From a virus (taxonomy: Duplodnaviria > Caudoviricetes): DNA of 36,290 bases. Below, in pieces: positions 20,797 to 28,660 of this stretch (position 1 is the first letter of the stretch; every line of letters begins with the position of its first letter). The position numbers and the translations under genes are program-made. The stretch lies in the IMG/VR virus record IMGVR_UViG_3300017747_000923, positions 1 through 36,290 of that record, one strand, 5' to 3'. A model generated the notes under the pieces. That model made no database searches, had not been told where the DNA came from, and worked only from the letters and a program-made list of their open reading frames with translations.

Positions 20797-20989
20797 TTTT
20801 TCTATCACGTTGATGTTGATTGTATCTGTCTCTGTTGGCGAGTCTCCACTCTTTCGCCCGAGCTTGATGGCATTGTTTGCAGACTGACCTGAGCCTCCTG
20901 TTGCTGTTAAGAAAAAAGTTGCTATCCGGGAATCCCGTCTTACACACAGTGCATGTGCGCTGTGCCTTGATCACAACCGGCCAGATCAT
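20747..20989 (-). CDS. Small zinc-finger protein (CxxC...CxxC, basic tail)
   Basis: CTVC...F......RSVCKQC resembles the zinc finger preceding phage HNH domains; ATGA coupling with the upstream ORF. Confidence 0.55.
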   Translation of the reverse strand: MIWPVVIKAQRTCTVCKTGFPDSNFFLNSNRRLRSVCKQCHQARAKEWRLANRDRYNQHQRDRKNDSKRKAREVHAGSQT

Positions 20990-21105
20990 AGTGGCGCTTC
21001 TCCCACCTCGTCCATCAGTTCATCAAACCTGGGCGGCTTGTCCACGATTGGCGGCTCTGATTGATCAAGCGGGGGCAGACTGATCGGGAACGGCCACTCT
21101 GTCAT
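20986..21105 (-). CDS. Small hypothetical protein, 39 aa (MTEWPFPISLPP...; not in ORF track)
   Basis: Translated by hand; GGAG RBS and ATGA overlaps at both ends. Confidence 0.6.
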   Translation of the reverse strand: MTEWPFPISLPPLDQSEPPIVDKPPRFDELMDEVGEAPL

Positions 21106-21278
21106 TTCTCCCCCCAAGTGTTCAAACGATTGACGAACTTGTGCTTCTGCTCGGCTTCCATCTCACGGATGTCCATCGCGGCATCAGCAACGCCGTGCCA
21201 GTCGCCGCGTGCAACCATTACTTGCAGATACTCTTGCACGATTCGAACTTGCGTTTCGTAGTCTTTGTAATCAATCAT
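21102..21278 (-). CDS. Small hypothetical phage protein, 58 aa (...GDWHGVADAAMDIRE...; not in ORF track)
   Basis: Translated by hand; AGGAGG RBS and ATGA overlaps at both ends. Confidence 0.65.
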   Translation of the reverse strand: MIDYKDYETQVRIVQEYLQVMVARGDWHGVADAAMDIREMEAEQKHKFVNRLNTWGEK

Positions 21279-21496
21279 TTCATTCCCTCCTTACACTTGT
21301 CGATGACTTCATCACGTGCTTTCCAGATCGGTGCAGCACATTCGTTGCACAGCTCCATAGCACTACCAAGCTGATATGTGTACCTGCTCATCGGCCTCGG
21401 AAAAGAAGCGTGTATCAGGTTTGTGCAGTCGTAGGTTTCTGTGTCGATATTCTTTTGACACAGATCGCATATATGTGTGTAGGTCAGTCGGATCAT
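21275..21496 (-). CDS. Small zinc-binding protein (CDLC...CNEC)
   Basis: ATG at 21496 with GAGG RBS; two CxxC pairs. Confidence 0.6.
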   Translation of the reverse strand: MIRLTYTHICDLCQKNIDTETYDCTNLIHASFPRPMSRYTYQLGSAMELCNECAAPIWKARDEVIDKCKEGMK

Positions 21497-21503
21497 TTTT
21501 CCC

Positions 21504-21713
21504 TCATAGCCAGTTGTTTTCTTCGTTCGCGGCGTTGAACCCGGCATTCCACGCCTTGTCCCACGCCACGCACCACAGCTCGTAAGACCCGTCGAGTGGG
21601 AACTTGAAGTCGGACTTACCCTTCATAAACGCTTTAACGTCTTTGCGTTTAATAAACGCTTCCCATGCTTTGTCTCGGTCGGGGTTACTGATTGGTATGT
21701 TGTCTAGTTTCAT
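21504..21713 (-). CDS. Hypothetical protein
   Basis: ATG at 21713 in ATGA overlap with the upstream gene; GGAG RBS. Confidence 0.6.
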   Translation of the reverse strand: MKLDNIPISNPDRDKAWEAFIKRKDVKAFMKGKSDFKFPLDGSYELWCVAWDKAWNAGFNAANEENNWL

Positions 21714-21937
21714 TTCTCTCCCCTCGCTCGGATGGCTGCGGCGCACTCGGCTGGTTGCATACCAACGTCACGCGCATGAAACCTGTCGCAGATCGACGCA
21801 CACGCCTCACGCTCGGCTGCGGCAACAAGGGCGGCGAAGCGTTCAAGCGACTGCTCGTCGCATTCCATGTGCGGGTATTCCATGCTGTCTCGAATCCCGG
21901 CTTCCAGCGCCATGCGGAGGATGTCATCGCGGTTCAT
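21710..21937 (-). CDS. Conserved phage hypothetical protein (MNRDDI.RMA.EAG...EREACA...AIRARG family)
   Basis: Recognisable small phage protein pattern; coupled start and stop. Confidence 0.75.
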   Translation of the reverse strand: MNRDDILRMALEAGIRDSMEYPHMECDEQSLERFAALVAAAEREACASICDRFHARDVGMQPAECAAAIRARGEK

Positions 21938-22128
21938 GTCTTCTCCGATAAGTAGTCAACCTCCAGCACCATGCACCCACTGTCCGGATCACAGTAATAA
22001 CTCAGTATCTCCATCTCCCCCTTCGGGCCGAACACTTTGCATTGTGCTTGCATGGCTTCGGCTACCCGGAATACGGGCATGTTGGGCTGTGAGTCACCGC
22101 TATAAACAACAAAGTCAATCGGGGTCAT
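21934..22128 (-). CDS. Hypothetical protein
   Basis: AGGAG RBS; ATGA overlaps. Confidence 0.6.
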   Translation of the reverse strand: MTPIDFVVYSGDSQPNMPVFRVAEAMQAQCKVFGPKGEMEILSYYCDPDSGCMVLEVDYLSEKT

Positions 22129-22466
22129 GTGTTCTTCTCCTTTAGCTTTGCTTCGATGTCGCGTTCATACCCCCAGTCGCCTGATATGCACTCACCGAAT
22201 TGGTTGTGGTGTTGTACATAGATCGCGTTAATCTCCTCCGCCGTCAGCCCGACCCATTGGCGCGGTGCGGTGTATAGTGGCGTCCAAGTTCCGTCTGCCC
22301 GATCTGGGTCACTTGTCGTGGTTCCGTCGCTCCACATCCACGCCACCGGCTCCTGCTTGTTTGCCTGCTCGATGGCAGCGCGGAGGGCGGTTGCCGCCCG
22401 TAGTTGAATATCCGGGCTATCGGAATCCAGCGCCTCAAGCGCCATCTTCATGGCTTCGATGCTCAT
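22125..22466 (-). CDS. Conserved phage hypothetical protein (QEPVAW...PLYTAP...WVGLT)
   Basis: Motif series typical of proteobacterial phage early proteins; ATGA overlaps. Confidence 0.75.
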   Translation of the reverse strand: MSIEAMKMALEALDSDSPDIQLRAATALRAAIEQANKQEPVAWMWSDGTTTSDPDRADGTWTPLYTAPRQWVGLTAEEINAIYVQHHNQFGECISGDWGYERDIEAKLKEKNT

Positions 22467-22690
22467 GGTGCATACCCATCCGCAATAACTTTTACTTTGG
22501 CTTCCTCAAGAGCACCAATCAACATCAGTCGATCAGGAATCATTGACGTTTTGATTTTGAATTGCCCACGGTCTTTCCAGAACGACAGAATAATCACCGT
22601 GTCTGGGTTCTCGTCCAGCACATCTTGCAGCGCCTCTTGTGCGGATTCTTTGTATTGGTTTGGAATGTCTACGGGTTTCAGTGCCGTCAT
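22463..22690 (-). CDS. Hypothetical protein
   Basis: 75-aa ORF, coupled to the downstream gene. Confidence 0.6.
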   Translation of the reverse strand: MTALKPVDIPNQYKESAQEALQDVLDENPDTVIILSFWKDRGQFKIKTSMIPDRLMLIGALEEAKVKVIADGYAP

Positions 22691-22781
22691 GTTTAACCGG
22701 GGCCAAAGCCCCGTCCTGTTTTAGTATTTCCAAGTGGCAGCTTTCACCGCCCACATCTTCATAGAAGTCGTTCGATGAAAT

Positions 22782-23009
22782 TTATTTCTTCTCCTTCAGT
22801 TGGTTTAACACTTCCCGCCCCAAGTCAGTCAATCTGTCCACTGCCACGATGTTTCCTGCCCGGTGTACGGTTTTGCCGGGGCCGATCAGTTTGCGTGAAC
22901 GCAGTGACCAATACGTCATCCAACTACCCCGGCGAGAGTTAAACATCTTGAAACCCCAGCCCTTCTCGAACATCCGCAGCATGAATATCTGATGGGGCGA
23001 TAGCTTCAT
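22782..23009 (-). CDS. Hypothetical protein (possible winged helix)
   Basis: ATG at 23009 in ATGA overlap; MKLSPHQ...RLTDLGREVL pattern. Confidence 0.55.
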   Translation of the reverse strand: MKLSPHQIFMLRMFEKGWGFKMFNSRRGSWMTYWSLRSRKLIGPGKTVHRAGNIVAVDRLTDLGREVLNQLKEKK

Positions 23010-23224
23010 TTTCTTGCTCTGATTGCAGCGGCAGCAGCCAGCGTACCCATGCCATTTATCCCGGCTTGTTCGACAACTACCGCACACGCCTCGCGCTCAT
23101 CATCTATCGCCAACCGCACTAGCCAATACATAAACGCTGGGCTGTTTAAGCCATACTCCCCGTCCTTTGCGGCCATTCGTACAGCGCGTGATTTCAGTGA
23201 TCTAAGCTCGTCTGTACTAAGCAT
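23006..23224 (-). CDS. Hypothetical protein, EREACA...AAAIRAR family
   Basis: AGGAG RBS; shares its C-terminal motif with 21710-21937. Confidence 0.65.
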   Translation of the reverse strand: MLSTDELRSLKSRAVRMAAKDGEYGLNSPAFMYWLVRLAIDDEREACAVVVEQAGINGMGTLAAAAAIRARK

Positions 23225-23225
23225 C

Positions 23226-23423
23226 TCACTCTCCTATCCTGCTTAGACAAACCCCGTTCTCAAACCGGGGAGGCCATGTGTAAACCACCCGGGCGGTTGG
23301 CGGATCTAGGGCAATCTGCAATCTACGTTTACACGATTGACATGGTGGCAGTGGCTTACCTGCCTTCTCATTGTTTAGCGTTTGTCCGTGGCAGCGGGCG
23401 ATGTCATAAGCCAGCATATTCAT
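23226..23423 (-). CDS. Small Cys-rich hypothetical protein (DIARCHG...CQSCKR)
   Basis: ATG at 23423 in ATGA overlap with the Rap1a-like gene. Confidence 0.6.
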   Translation of the reverse strand: MNMLAYDIARCHGQTLNNEKAGKPLPPCQSCKRRLQIALDPPTARVVYTWPPRFENGVCLSRIGE

Positions 23424-23749
23424 GTTGGATTCCCCCGGGATTTCTGGCAGGGCCACACCATCTTCATCACCTTATTCACTAAGACATCAGCGGTCTGATG
23501 TCTCTCGGCAGGAGTGTTGGTCAAGTAGTTCTTCACCATATCCAACAGTTGCCCAGCTCTTACGTTCGGTGGGGGGCAGTGGACTACCCCCATGCCCATG
23601 TCTGATACCCCGGTGATGTAACCCAGAGCAACACCCCGGCTGAAAGAATCCTGAGCGTTGATGTCACTCAGCAGGTCATTACCATCCTTGAACTCGGCAT
23701 GTGCGGTAAGGCACAGGCTCAATGTTGTGATACCGATTAAGCGTTTCAT
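23420..23749 (-). CDS. Rap1a/Tai-family (T6SS amidase immunity-like) secreted protein
   Basis: Signal peptide ending AHA; GNDLL...GYITGVSD...CPP..V..GQL.D.V..YL...P..RH..A..LV......WPC matches the Rap1a pattern. Confidence 0.8.
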   Translation of the reverse strand: MKRLIGITTLSLCLTAHAEFKDGNDLLSDINAQDSFSRGVALGYITGVSDMGMGVVHCPPPNVRAGQLLDMVKNYLTNTPAERHQTADVLVNKVMKMVWPCQKSRGNPT

Positions 23750-23769
23750 CTCGTCCCTTGGTTGTGATG

Positions 23770-24120
23770 TTAAAAGCTGAAGCGCCGCCGATGTTTGTAC
23801 CCAAGCTTGATGGCTGTTGGGATGTATCCGACTATGCCTCGGTCACTCATTTTCATCAGAAGACTTGACCACTCATCAAGGGCATCTGCCGGTATTTCTT
23901 TTTTGTCCGGCTCTTCGTACAGCTTGAACTTGACCCATGGGTGGTCGCACCGATTGTTAGCAATCATCATCTGCTGATAATCAGGAGTGCAGTCGGTGCA
24001 GAACCCAGCCTCCCCAGGCGGGCTCTTCCGTGCAGCATCCCGCCATTCATCGTAGGTCGGGGCATCTGTACACATGGGCGTCCGTTCAAACCGGATCACT
24101 TTGAACTCTGGGTCATACAT
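23770..24120 (-). CDS. Hypothetical Cys-containing protein (FCTDCTP.YQ..M....RC)
   Basis: ATG at 24120 overlapping the upstream gene end. Confidence 0.6.
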   Translation of the reverse strand: MYDPEFKVIRFERTPMCTDAPTYDEWRDAARKSPPGEAGFCTDCTPDYQQMMIANNRCDHPWVKFKLYEEPDKKEIPADALDEWSSLLMKMSDRGIVGYIPTAIKLGYKHRRRFSF

Positions 24121-24352
24121 TTTTCTTCGCCTTCTGTAATTTCTCCGGCAGATCCACGGTGGGATCAGCCAGCGGGTGGGTTCCTTCCTTAGCGCCAAGC
24201 AAGGTCAGCTGCTCTCGAGACCAGTAGCGCACGTCATGTTTGCCATACCCTGGCCCAACAAACGCATCCTTGATAGTCAGGTGCGGCACAAACATCAGCC
24301 CTTTCCACCAGAACACCGGCTGCGGGATTCGTTCAACAATCTTTTCCTTCAT
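24113..24352 (-). CDS. Hypothetical protein
   Basis: 79-aa ORF with ATGA coupling. Confidence 0.6.
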   Translation of the reverse strand: MKEKIVERIPQPVFWWKGLMFVPHLTIKDAFVGPGYGKHDVRYWSREQLTLLGAKEGTHPLADPTVDLPEKLQKAKKNV

Positions 24353-24531
24353 TGCGCGTGTCCTGTCTCAGTAGGGAACTGCTTCACAATCTGCTCGTCC
24401 AGCTGACTGGCAATCACCCGGATATCAGCCAGTGCGATCCTGGCCGCGGTCGGGTCATTGGCCAGCATGTGGTGGTAGACCTTGTAGATTAGGTCTTTGA
24501 TCTTCAGGATGCCTTCACTGTAGTCAATCAT
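24349..24531 (-). CDS. Hypothetical protein
   Basis: 60-aa ORF with ATGA coupling. Confidence 0.6.
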   Translation of the reverse strand: MIDYSEGILKIKDLIYKVYHHMLANDPTAARIALADIRVIASQLDEQIVKQFPTETGHAQ

Positions 24532-24710
24532 TTCATTCGTTCCTTACGTTCTTTCACCATCTGTTCGGCGTAGTCATACGCTGCTGCCGCGGTAACGTGG
24601 CCGTTCATCGAGACAAACGCTGCGAAGAAGTCCAGCAGGGTCATGTCATCGATTGGCGGTACGTCCACCGCGATGAGCGCGTCAAGTCCTTCGGGCTTTT
24701 TTCTGGACAT
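24528..24710 (-). CDS. Conserved phage protein (MTLRDYFAA-like family)
   Basis: MTLLDFFAA...AAAYDYAEQM.KER motif; AAGGA RBS. Confidence 0.7.
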   Translation of the reverse strand: MSRKKPEGLDALIAVDVPPIDDMTLLDFFAAFVSMNGHVTAAAAYDYAEQMVKERKERMK

Positions 24711-24996
24711 GAATAGGTTCCTTAAACAAAGTAGTCAGGGCAGCGCACACCAGCTCGCTGATTGGCAAACCGTTGACCGAGATACTGTTGGCTGACTGGT
24801 TGGCTTTGACAATCTTGATCGCATCGCTGACCCCTTTGTTGTAGCCAGCGTCAAACTTGTCTGATCCCTGGAAGTACATCGTGATTGCATCCCGTACTAC
24901 GGACGCGGCCTTCCTGTCCTGGGCTGCTTCCTTGATCTGGTTAAAGATCGGCTCAGGCAGGTGGACCGAGTACGGGATCAGGCGTTTTGATTCCAT
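24682..24996 (-). CDS. Ribbon-helix-helix DNA-binding protein
   Basis: YSVHLPEPIFNQIKEAA...ASVVRDAITMY pattern. Confidence 0.6.
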   Translation of the reverse strand: MESKRLIPYSVHLPEPIFNQIKEAAQDRKAASVVRDAITMYFQGSDKFDAGYNKGVSDAIKIVKANQSANSISVNGLPISELVCAALTTLFKEPIHVQKKARRT

Positions 24997-25385
24997 GATT
25001 GAAAGTCCTGATTGATTTGTAGCAGTCGTTTAATGGCGTCTTTGTTGTGCTCCAATTCTTTGCGTGACTTCACACCAAGCTCTGCTCGCATCCACTCAGT
25101 GGCCTCCTTTTCATCCTCGTCGAAGATGTGCCCAAGCGATACCAGGAACTTGTAGAACTGCTGGTTCTTGCACAACATCCCGGCGAGCTGGACATAGTTG
25201 GGTTCACGTTTGAGCGGCTGGTCATCAGAATCGAGACGCACCATTACCACCTGATATCTCGCCCCGACAAAGTCTCGAAGGATCTCCTCCGGCACTTCGT
25301 CAGGGTGGATACGCAAGGTCAGTACATAGCCGGTTGCGTCCTGCTTCATGGCAACTTTGACAGCTTCATACTGAGAGGTTTGCAT
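24978..25385 (-). CDS. Conserved phage hypothetical protein
   Basis: 135-aa ORF coupled (TGATG) to ssb. Confidence 0.7.
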   Translation of the reverse strand: MQTSQYEAVKVAMKQDATGYVLTLRIHPDEVPEEILRDFVGARYQVVMVRLDSDDQPLKREPNYVQLAGMLCKNQQFYKFLVSLGHIFDEDEKEATEWMRAELGVKSRKELEHNKDAIKRLLQINQDFQSWNQNA

Positions 25386-25753
25386 CAGAATGGGATCTCT
25401 TCAGATTCACTAACCGCCTGCTTGGCTTCCGCCTTGCTGATCGCGTGGATCTCGTTTGCCACAATCTCCGTGACGTTCTGCTCCACCCCTTCCTTGTTGG
25501 TGTACTTCCGGTAGTTCAGCCGGCCGTCAACGAAGACCATCTGACCCTTGGACATACTGCCAACAGCTGCAGCCTGCTTGTCATACGCCACCACACGGTG
25601 CCACTGCGTCTCGCTGACCCACTCGTCGCCCTGCTTCTTGCTGACGGACGTGCCAATACTGAGCGATGCTGCAGCTTTCCCGTTGTTTAACGTGCGAATC
25701 TCAGGGTCACGGCCCAGATTCCCCAACAAGGTAACTCGATTGATGCTAGCCAT
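25385..25753 (-). CDS. ssb: Single-stranded DNA-binding protein
   Basis: INRVTLLGNLGRDPE, TQWHRVV, acidic EEIPF tail. Confidence 0.95.
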   Translation of the reverse strand: MASINRVTLLGNLGRDPEIRTLNNGKAAASLSIGTSVSKKQGDEWVSETQWHRVVAYDKQAAAVGSMSKGQMVFVDGRLNYRKYTNKEGVEQNVTEIVANEIHAISKAEAKQAVSESEEIPF

Positions 25754-25755
25754 GC

Positions 25756-26448
25756 TTACTCCTCTGCGAACCGGTTCTTGGCGTCCCGGAACATGTTCAT
25801 CACTTGGGTATACGACTCTTCGCTAACCTGCTTGAGGTTGTCGTAGATCGCACGGTTAACCTTGAAGATCTCCCGCACATCCGTCGCGTTGTTCGCCATC
25901 TCGAGCGTGACGCTCGTCATGTCGGTCAATGCAGCAACCCAGCTGTCCGCATCACCGTCATCGTTCAAGCCGATCTTCATCTGCCATCCCCCAGGCTTAC
26001 CCTCAACCTGCTTAGGGGGCTTGGCTGGTTCTTTCTTAGCCGGCTTCGGCGCTTCGGGTGCCGCGGGTTGTGCGCCGACAGTGGCATCCAGCTGATCGTG
26101 CTCGACGATCTCCATGGCGGTCATCCACAGGTACCTGCGCTGGTATGTCTGAATTGCGCCCATGTTTTGAATGGGGTGCGTCCCCTTCAGGACCAGCTCC
26201 GCCATGGGTGACGTGATGATGATGGGATCGCTGGGCTTCTCCACATCATAGATCCGCAGCGAGGCGTAGTCTGTGGCGTATGACACCACACCGCAGAGAC
26301 CCACCTCGTTGAAGATGGACTGAATCTCAGGCAGGAAGTCGCCGAGTTCAAAGTAGCTGAACCCCGCAAACTTGTTCTGACCAGACTTCTTCAGCTGGAT
26401 TCCCTGCAGCTTGACTCGAGCCTGCATCAGCTTCTTGTGAACACTCAT
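25756..26448 (-). CDS. erf: ERF-family single-strand annealing protein
   Basis: KKSG.NKF..FSYFELGDF; IQNMGAIQTYQRRYL ERF signature. Confidence 0.9.
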   Translation of the reverse strand: MSVHKKLMQARVKLQGIQLKKSGQNKFAGFSYFELGDFLPEIQSIFNEVGLCGVVSYATDYASLRIYDVEKPSDPIIITSPMAELVLKGTHPIQNMGAIQTYQRRYLWMTAMEIVEHDQLDATVGAQPAAPEAPKPAKKEPAKPPKQVEGKPGGWQMKIGLNDDGDADSWVAALTDMTSVTLEMANNATDVREIFKVNRAIYDNLKQVSEESYTQVMNMFRDAKNRFAEE

Positions 26449-26702
26449 TTAGACACTCCAGTTTTCTTGGCAGGACGCCCCTTGGCTTTGTTCTTCACAC
26501 CCTTGGGACGGCCAGGACCACGCTTGGTGGTGAGGGTTGCTTCCGTAGGCGTGGGCGAGATCTCCACTTGCCCGACCGGAGGCCGCTTGTTGATCTGCGC
26601 ATCAATCTGGCTAGTCACGCTATCGAGCAAACGATTAGCACGGTTGTTGATGGCGGCGAGCACAAACGGCAGGTCTTCAGGATGCAGTTGAATCGTGATC
26701 AT
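26445..26702 (-). CDS. Small basic AT-hook protein
   Basis: KRGPGRPKG and KGRPAKK at the C-terminus; GAGG RBS. Confidence 0.65.
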   Translation of the reverse strand: MITIQLHPEDLPFVLAAINNRANRLLDSVTSQIDAQINKRPPVGQVEISPTPTEATLTTKRGPGRPKGVKNKAKGRPAKKTGVSK

Positions 26703-27564
26703 TTTGGTTCCTCAAATAGGTTTGATACTGGTCACAGAATTCGCTGACCTGACAATAGTTGGCGCAGCGAACACGTTCTCCCTGACGTACTTCGATGATG
26801 TGGCCGGGTGTCAGGGCTTCCTCGGCTTCCTCCTTGGTTGCAAATACCTTCTTGGCTTTGAGCCCTCCTTCTTTCTTCAGTGCGTACATAGTCGGACGTT
26901 CCCACATGTCCGCGGGCGAACACTCGGGCAGCTGGTCACCCATGGACTGAGCAAACATGGCGTCTGAGTGCATCGAGATACGGTCTTCGACAAACTCTTG
27001 CCGCGTATCAAACGGCCAGATAGCGATATCGATCACCACCACCGGAGCCTGGGGATACTCAGGCTTAACCTTCGCCTCTCGAGCAGCCCAATCCCGGACG
27101 ATCGCTACGATCTGCAGCTTCTTCACGTTCTGGCGCTTGACCTTCTCCACCAGCCACGCATAGATGTTCAACTGACGGTGCCAGTCTTCCTTCTCATTCA
27201 TCACCGTCCAGGCGCTGGTCACCTTGTAGTCGCTGATGATGACGCCGTCTTCTTCCACTTCCTGCAGGTCGATAGCACCCGATACAGACCAGCCGCTGAC
27301 CTCGGCATGAAGACGCTGCTCGACAACGTGGTGCTCATCCCGGCCATGCTCGAGCACGTTATGCACGGCAGACCCAAACAAGGACCACACCATCTCCGCG
27401 GCATCCTGCTCCAGCTTGTCCCAGTGCTCACGCTTGAGCTGCACAATCCGAGGCGCAGTCAACAACTCGGTTGCAGAGATGTTGGCTTTGCCCTTAGAGT
27501 ACGTCGGACGATGCAGCACATTGACAATCGTCTGCGGAAGGTTGTGTTTGTTGGTGATCTTCAA
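26677..27564 (-). CDS. PD-(D/E)XK Cas4-like exonuclease
   Basis: G.AVH..LE, SGAIDL, ISDYKVT, QLNIY, C-terminal RCANYCQVSEFC. TTG start at 27564 with AAGGAG RBS. Confidence 0.85.
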   Translation of the reverse strand: MKITNKHNLPQTIVNVLHRPTYSKGKANISATELLTAPRIVQLKREHWDKLEQDAAEMVWSLFGSAVHNVLEHGRDEHHVVEQRLHAEVSGWSVSGAIDLQEVEEDGVIISDYKVTSAWTVMNEKEDWHRQLNIYAWLVEKVKRQNVKKLQIVAIVRDWAAREAKVKPEYPQAPVVVIDIAIWPFDTRQEFVEDRISMHSDAMFAQSMGDQLPECSPADMWERPTMYALKKEGGLKAKKVFATKEEAEEALTPGHIIEVRQGERVRCANYCQVSEFCDQYQTYLRNQNDHDSTAS

Positions 27565-27797
27565 TGTGTCTGCTCCTTCTCTGCGTCCTTGTATAGTTGC
27601 CACAAGCGCCTCAACATTTCATGCAATCTTTCTTCTTCAATTTCGCAGATAGAACATAACGTGATCAACAACATCTGGGCGGCAACCACTGCCGTCCGCG
27701 GACCTTCTGTACACTCTTGCAGCGTTCTCAGAAGTGCGGTGCAAACCTCTGCACAACGCTCCCATTCGTCTGCCAAGTCCTGAAAATCTTCTCGCAA
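27561..27797 (-). CDS. Hypothetical protein, first gene of the leftward operon
   Basis: TAGGAG RBS, TTG start, TTGA overlap with the exonuclease. Confidence 0.6.
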   Translation of the reverse strand: MREDFQDLADEWERCAEVCTALLRTLQECTEGPRTAVVAAQMLLITLCSICEIEEERLHEMLRRLWQLYKDAEKEQTH

Positions 27798-27828
27798 GAT
27801 AGTTCTCCTATCCGATAAATGGGATGCG

Positions 27829-27858
27829 AATGTAACAGGTAGGTTGGCAGGCAGTCAA
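27829..27858 (-). promoter_or_regulatory. Sigma70-type promoter for the leftward recombination operon
   Basis: On the minus strand: TTGACT, 18-nt spacer ending TGT, then TACATT. Confidence 0.6.
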
Positions 27859-27901
27859 TACACCATGATGCAAAATTGCAAAAAACGGAACGGAGGTTGA
27901 T

Positions 27902-28192
27902 GTGCGTCGAGCTGCACGGGTTGACAATAACGCGCATGAGATTGTGGATGCGCTGCGTAAGGCCGGGGCGTATGTCCGGGTGATCTCTCAGGGGGAGGGG
28001 TTGCCGGATCTGTTGGTGGGATACCGCGGCTGCACCCTTCTGATTGAGATCAAGGACGGGGCGAAACCCCCATCCCAGCAGCGGCTTACCGAGGCAGAGC
28101 AGAAGTTCTTTGACGAGTGGACGGGTGGTCCCTTGTTGAAGGCTAACTCGGTAGACGCAGCGATAGAAGCCCTGAGGAATGTGGTACGATGA
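27902..28192 (+). CDS. VRR-NUC / PD-(D/E)XK endonuclease (resolvase-like)
   Basis: RAARVD.N..EIV.ALR..GA.V, GLPDLLVGY.G...LIEIKDG; GGAGG RBS. Confidence 0.85.
   Translation: MRRAARVDNNAHEIVDALRKAGAYVRVISQGEGLPDLLVGYRGCTLLIEIKDGAKPPSQQRLTEAEQKFFDEWTGGPLLKANSVDAAIEALRNVVR
28180..28190 (+). promoter_or_regulatory. Extended -10 promoter for a putative small RNA
   Basis: TGTG-G-TACGAT at the 3' end of the VRR-NUC gene; no clear -35. Confidence 0.45.
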
Positions 28193-28195
28193 AGT

Positions 28196-28252
28196 CTGTT
28201 CCTCCTCCCTTGGTTGTTGCCTTACAGGGCTCTGTGCAGCCCTGTTTTTTTT
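28196..28252 (+). ncRNA. Putative ~55-nt sRNA with anti-Shine-Dalgarno seed
   Basis: C/U-rich TTCCTCCTCCCTTGGTTGTTG between an extended -10 and an intrinsic terminator; seed is complementary to phage RBSs at 23754-23765 and 36035-36044. Confidence 0.5.
28224..28252 (+). terminator. Rho-independent terminator
   Basis: ACAGGGCT-ctgtgc-AGCCCTGT followed by 7 more T. Confidence 0.85.
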
Positions 28253-28265
28253 GGGTAGAGAACTA

Positions 28266-28553
28266 ATGAAGCGACTGGCTGAACCCGAGATGGATGCCGC
28301 GATCCTTGGCCCTGCGATGATCTGGCGCGGCAATCAGATGGTCAGAGTGCTGGTATATGACGCCAGCCGTATCGTAGAGATCCTGATGGACCGTGATGGC
28401 ATGGACCACGACGAAGCCTGGGAGTACTTTGATTTCAACATCGAGTGTGCCTGGGTGGGGGTGGATACCCCGGTGTACGTCTACACAAATACAGACTGGC
28501 AGGAATGGGATGACGATCCCGAGCCGGTTGACATTCAAAAATCAGACGAGTAG
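28266..28553 (+). CDS. Conserved phage hypothetical protein
   Basis: DAAILG...LVYD...IVEILM.RDGM..DEA.EYFDFNI..AWVG..TP family pattern; ATG at 28266. Confidence 0.75.
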   Translation: MKRLAEPEMDAAILGPAMIWRGNQMVRVLVYDASRIVEILMDRDGMDHDEAWEYFDFNIECAWVGVDTPVYVYTNTDWQEWDDDPEPVDIQKSDE

Positions 28554-28556
28554 ACT
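28528..28556 (+). promoter_or_regulatory. Near-consensus sigma70 promoter for the replication operon leader
   Basis: TTGACA, 17-nt spacer, TAGACT. Confidence 0.8.
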
Positions 28557-28563
28557 TCGATCT

Positions 28564-28660
28564 GTTGGCGTGAGAACCGACGATTGCAAGGCCGCTTACT
28601 CATGCTCCCGCCCGTCGAAAGATGGGTTCTCACCGGGGGCAGCAGTAAGCGGCTTTTTCG
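28564..28660 (+). ncRNA. c4/CI-like antisense RNA with upstream target hairpin
   Basis: Outer stem 28588-28600/28644-28656 ending in a U-run; inner stem 28603-28610/28634-28641; GAAA hairpin 28611-28626; unpaired TTCTCAC (28627-28633) complementary to loop GTGAGAA (28570-28576). Confidence 0.7.

Noticed and set aside
22722-22748. Possible third copy of the 18-bp palindrome (TATTTCCAAGTGGCAGCTTTCAC)
   Set aside because: Only scrambled half-site similarity; not palindromic.
26677-27564. Cas4-like gene as a sign of CRISPR-Cas
   Set aside because: No array or other cas genes; the ERF/SSB context indicates a phage recombination exonuclease.
27869-27880. TGCAA-AA-TTGCA dyad as an operator in the divergent region
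   Set aside because: Short, single copy and no cognate repressor nearby; could be chance.
28179-28265. ORF-track start at 28179 for the 28553-ending gene
   Set aside because: It would run through a terminator; ATG 28266 fits the family start.
28588-28656. tRNA or tRNA-like gene
   Set aside because: No D-arm, T-loop consensus or anticodon arm; fits a c4-like fold better.
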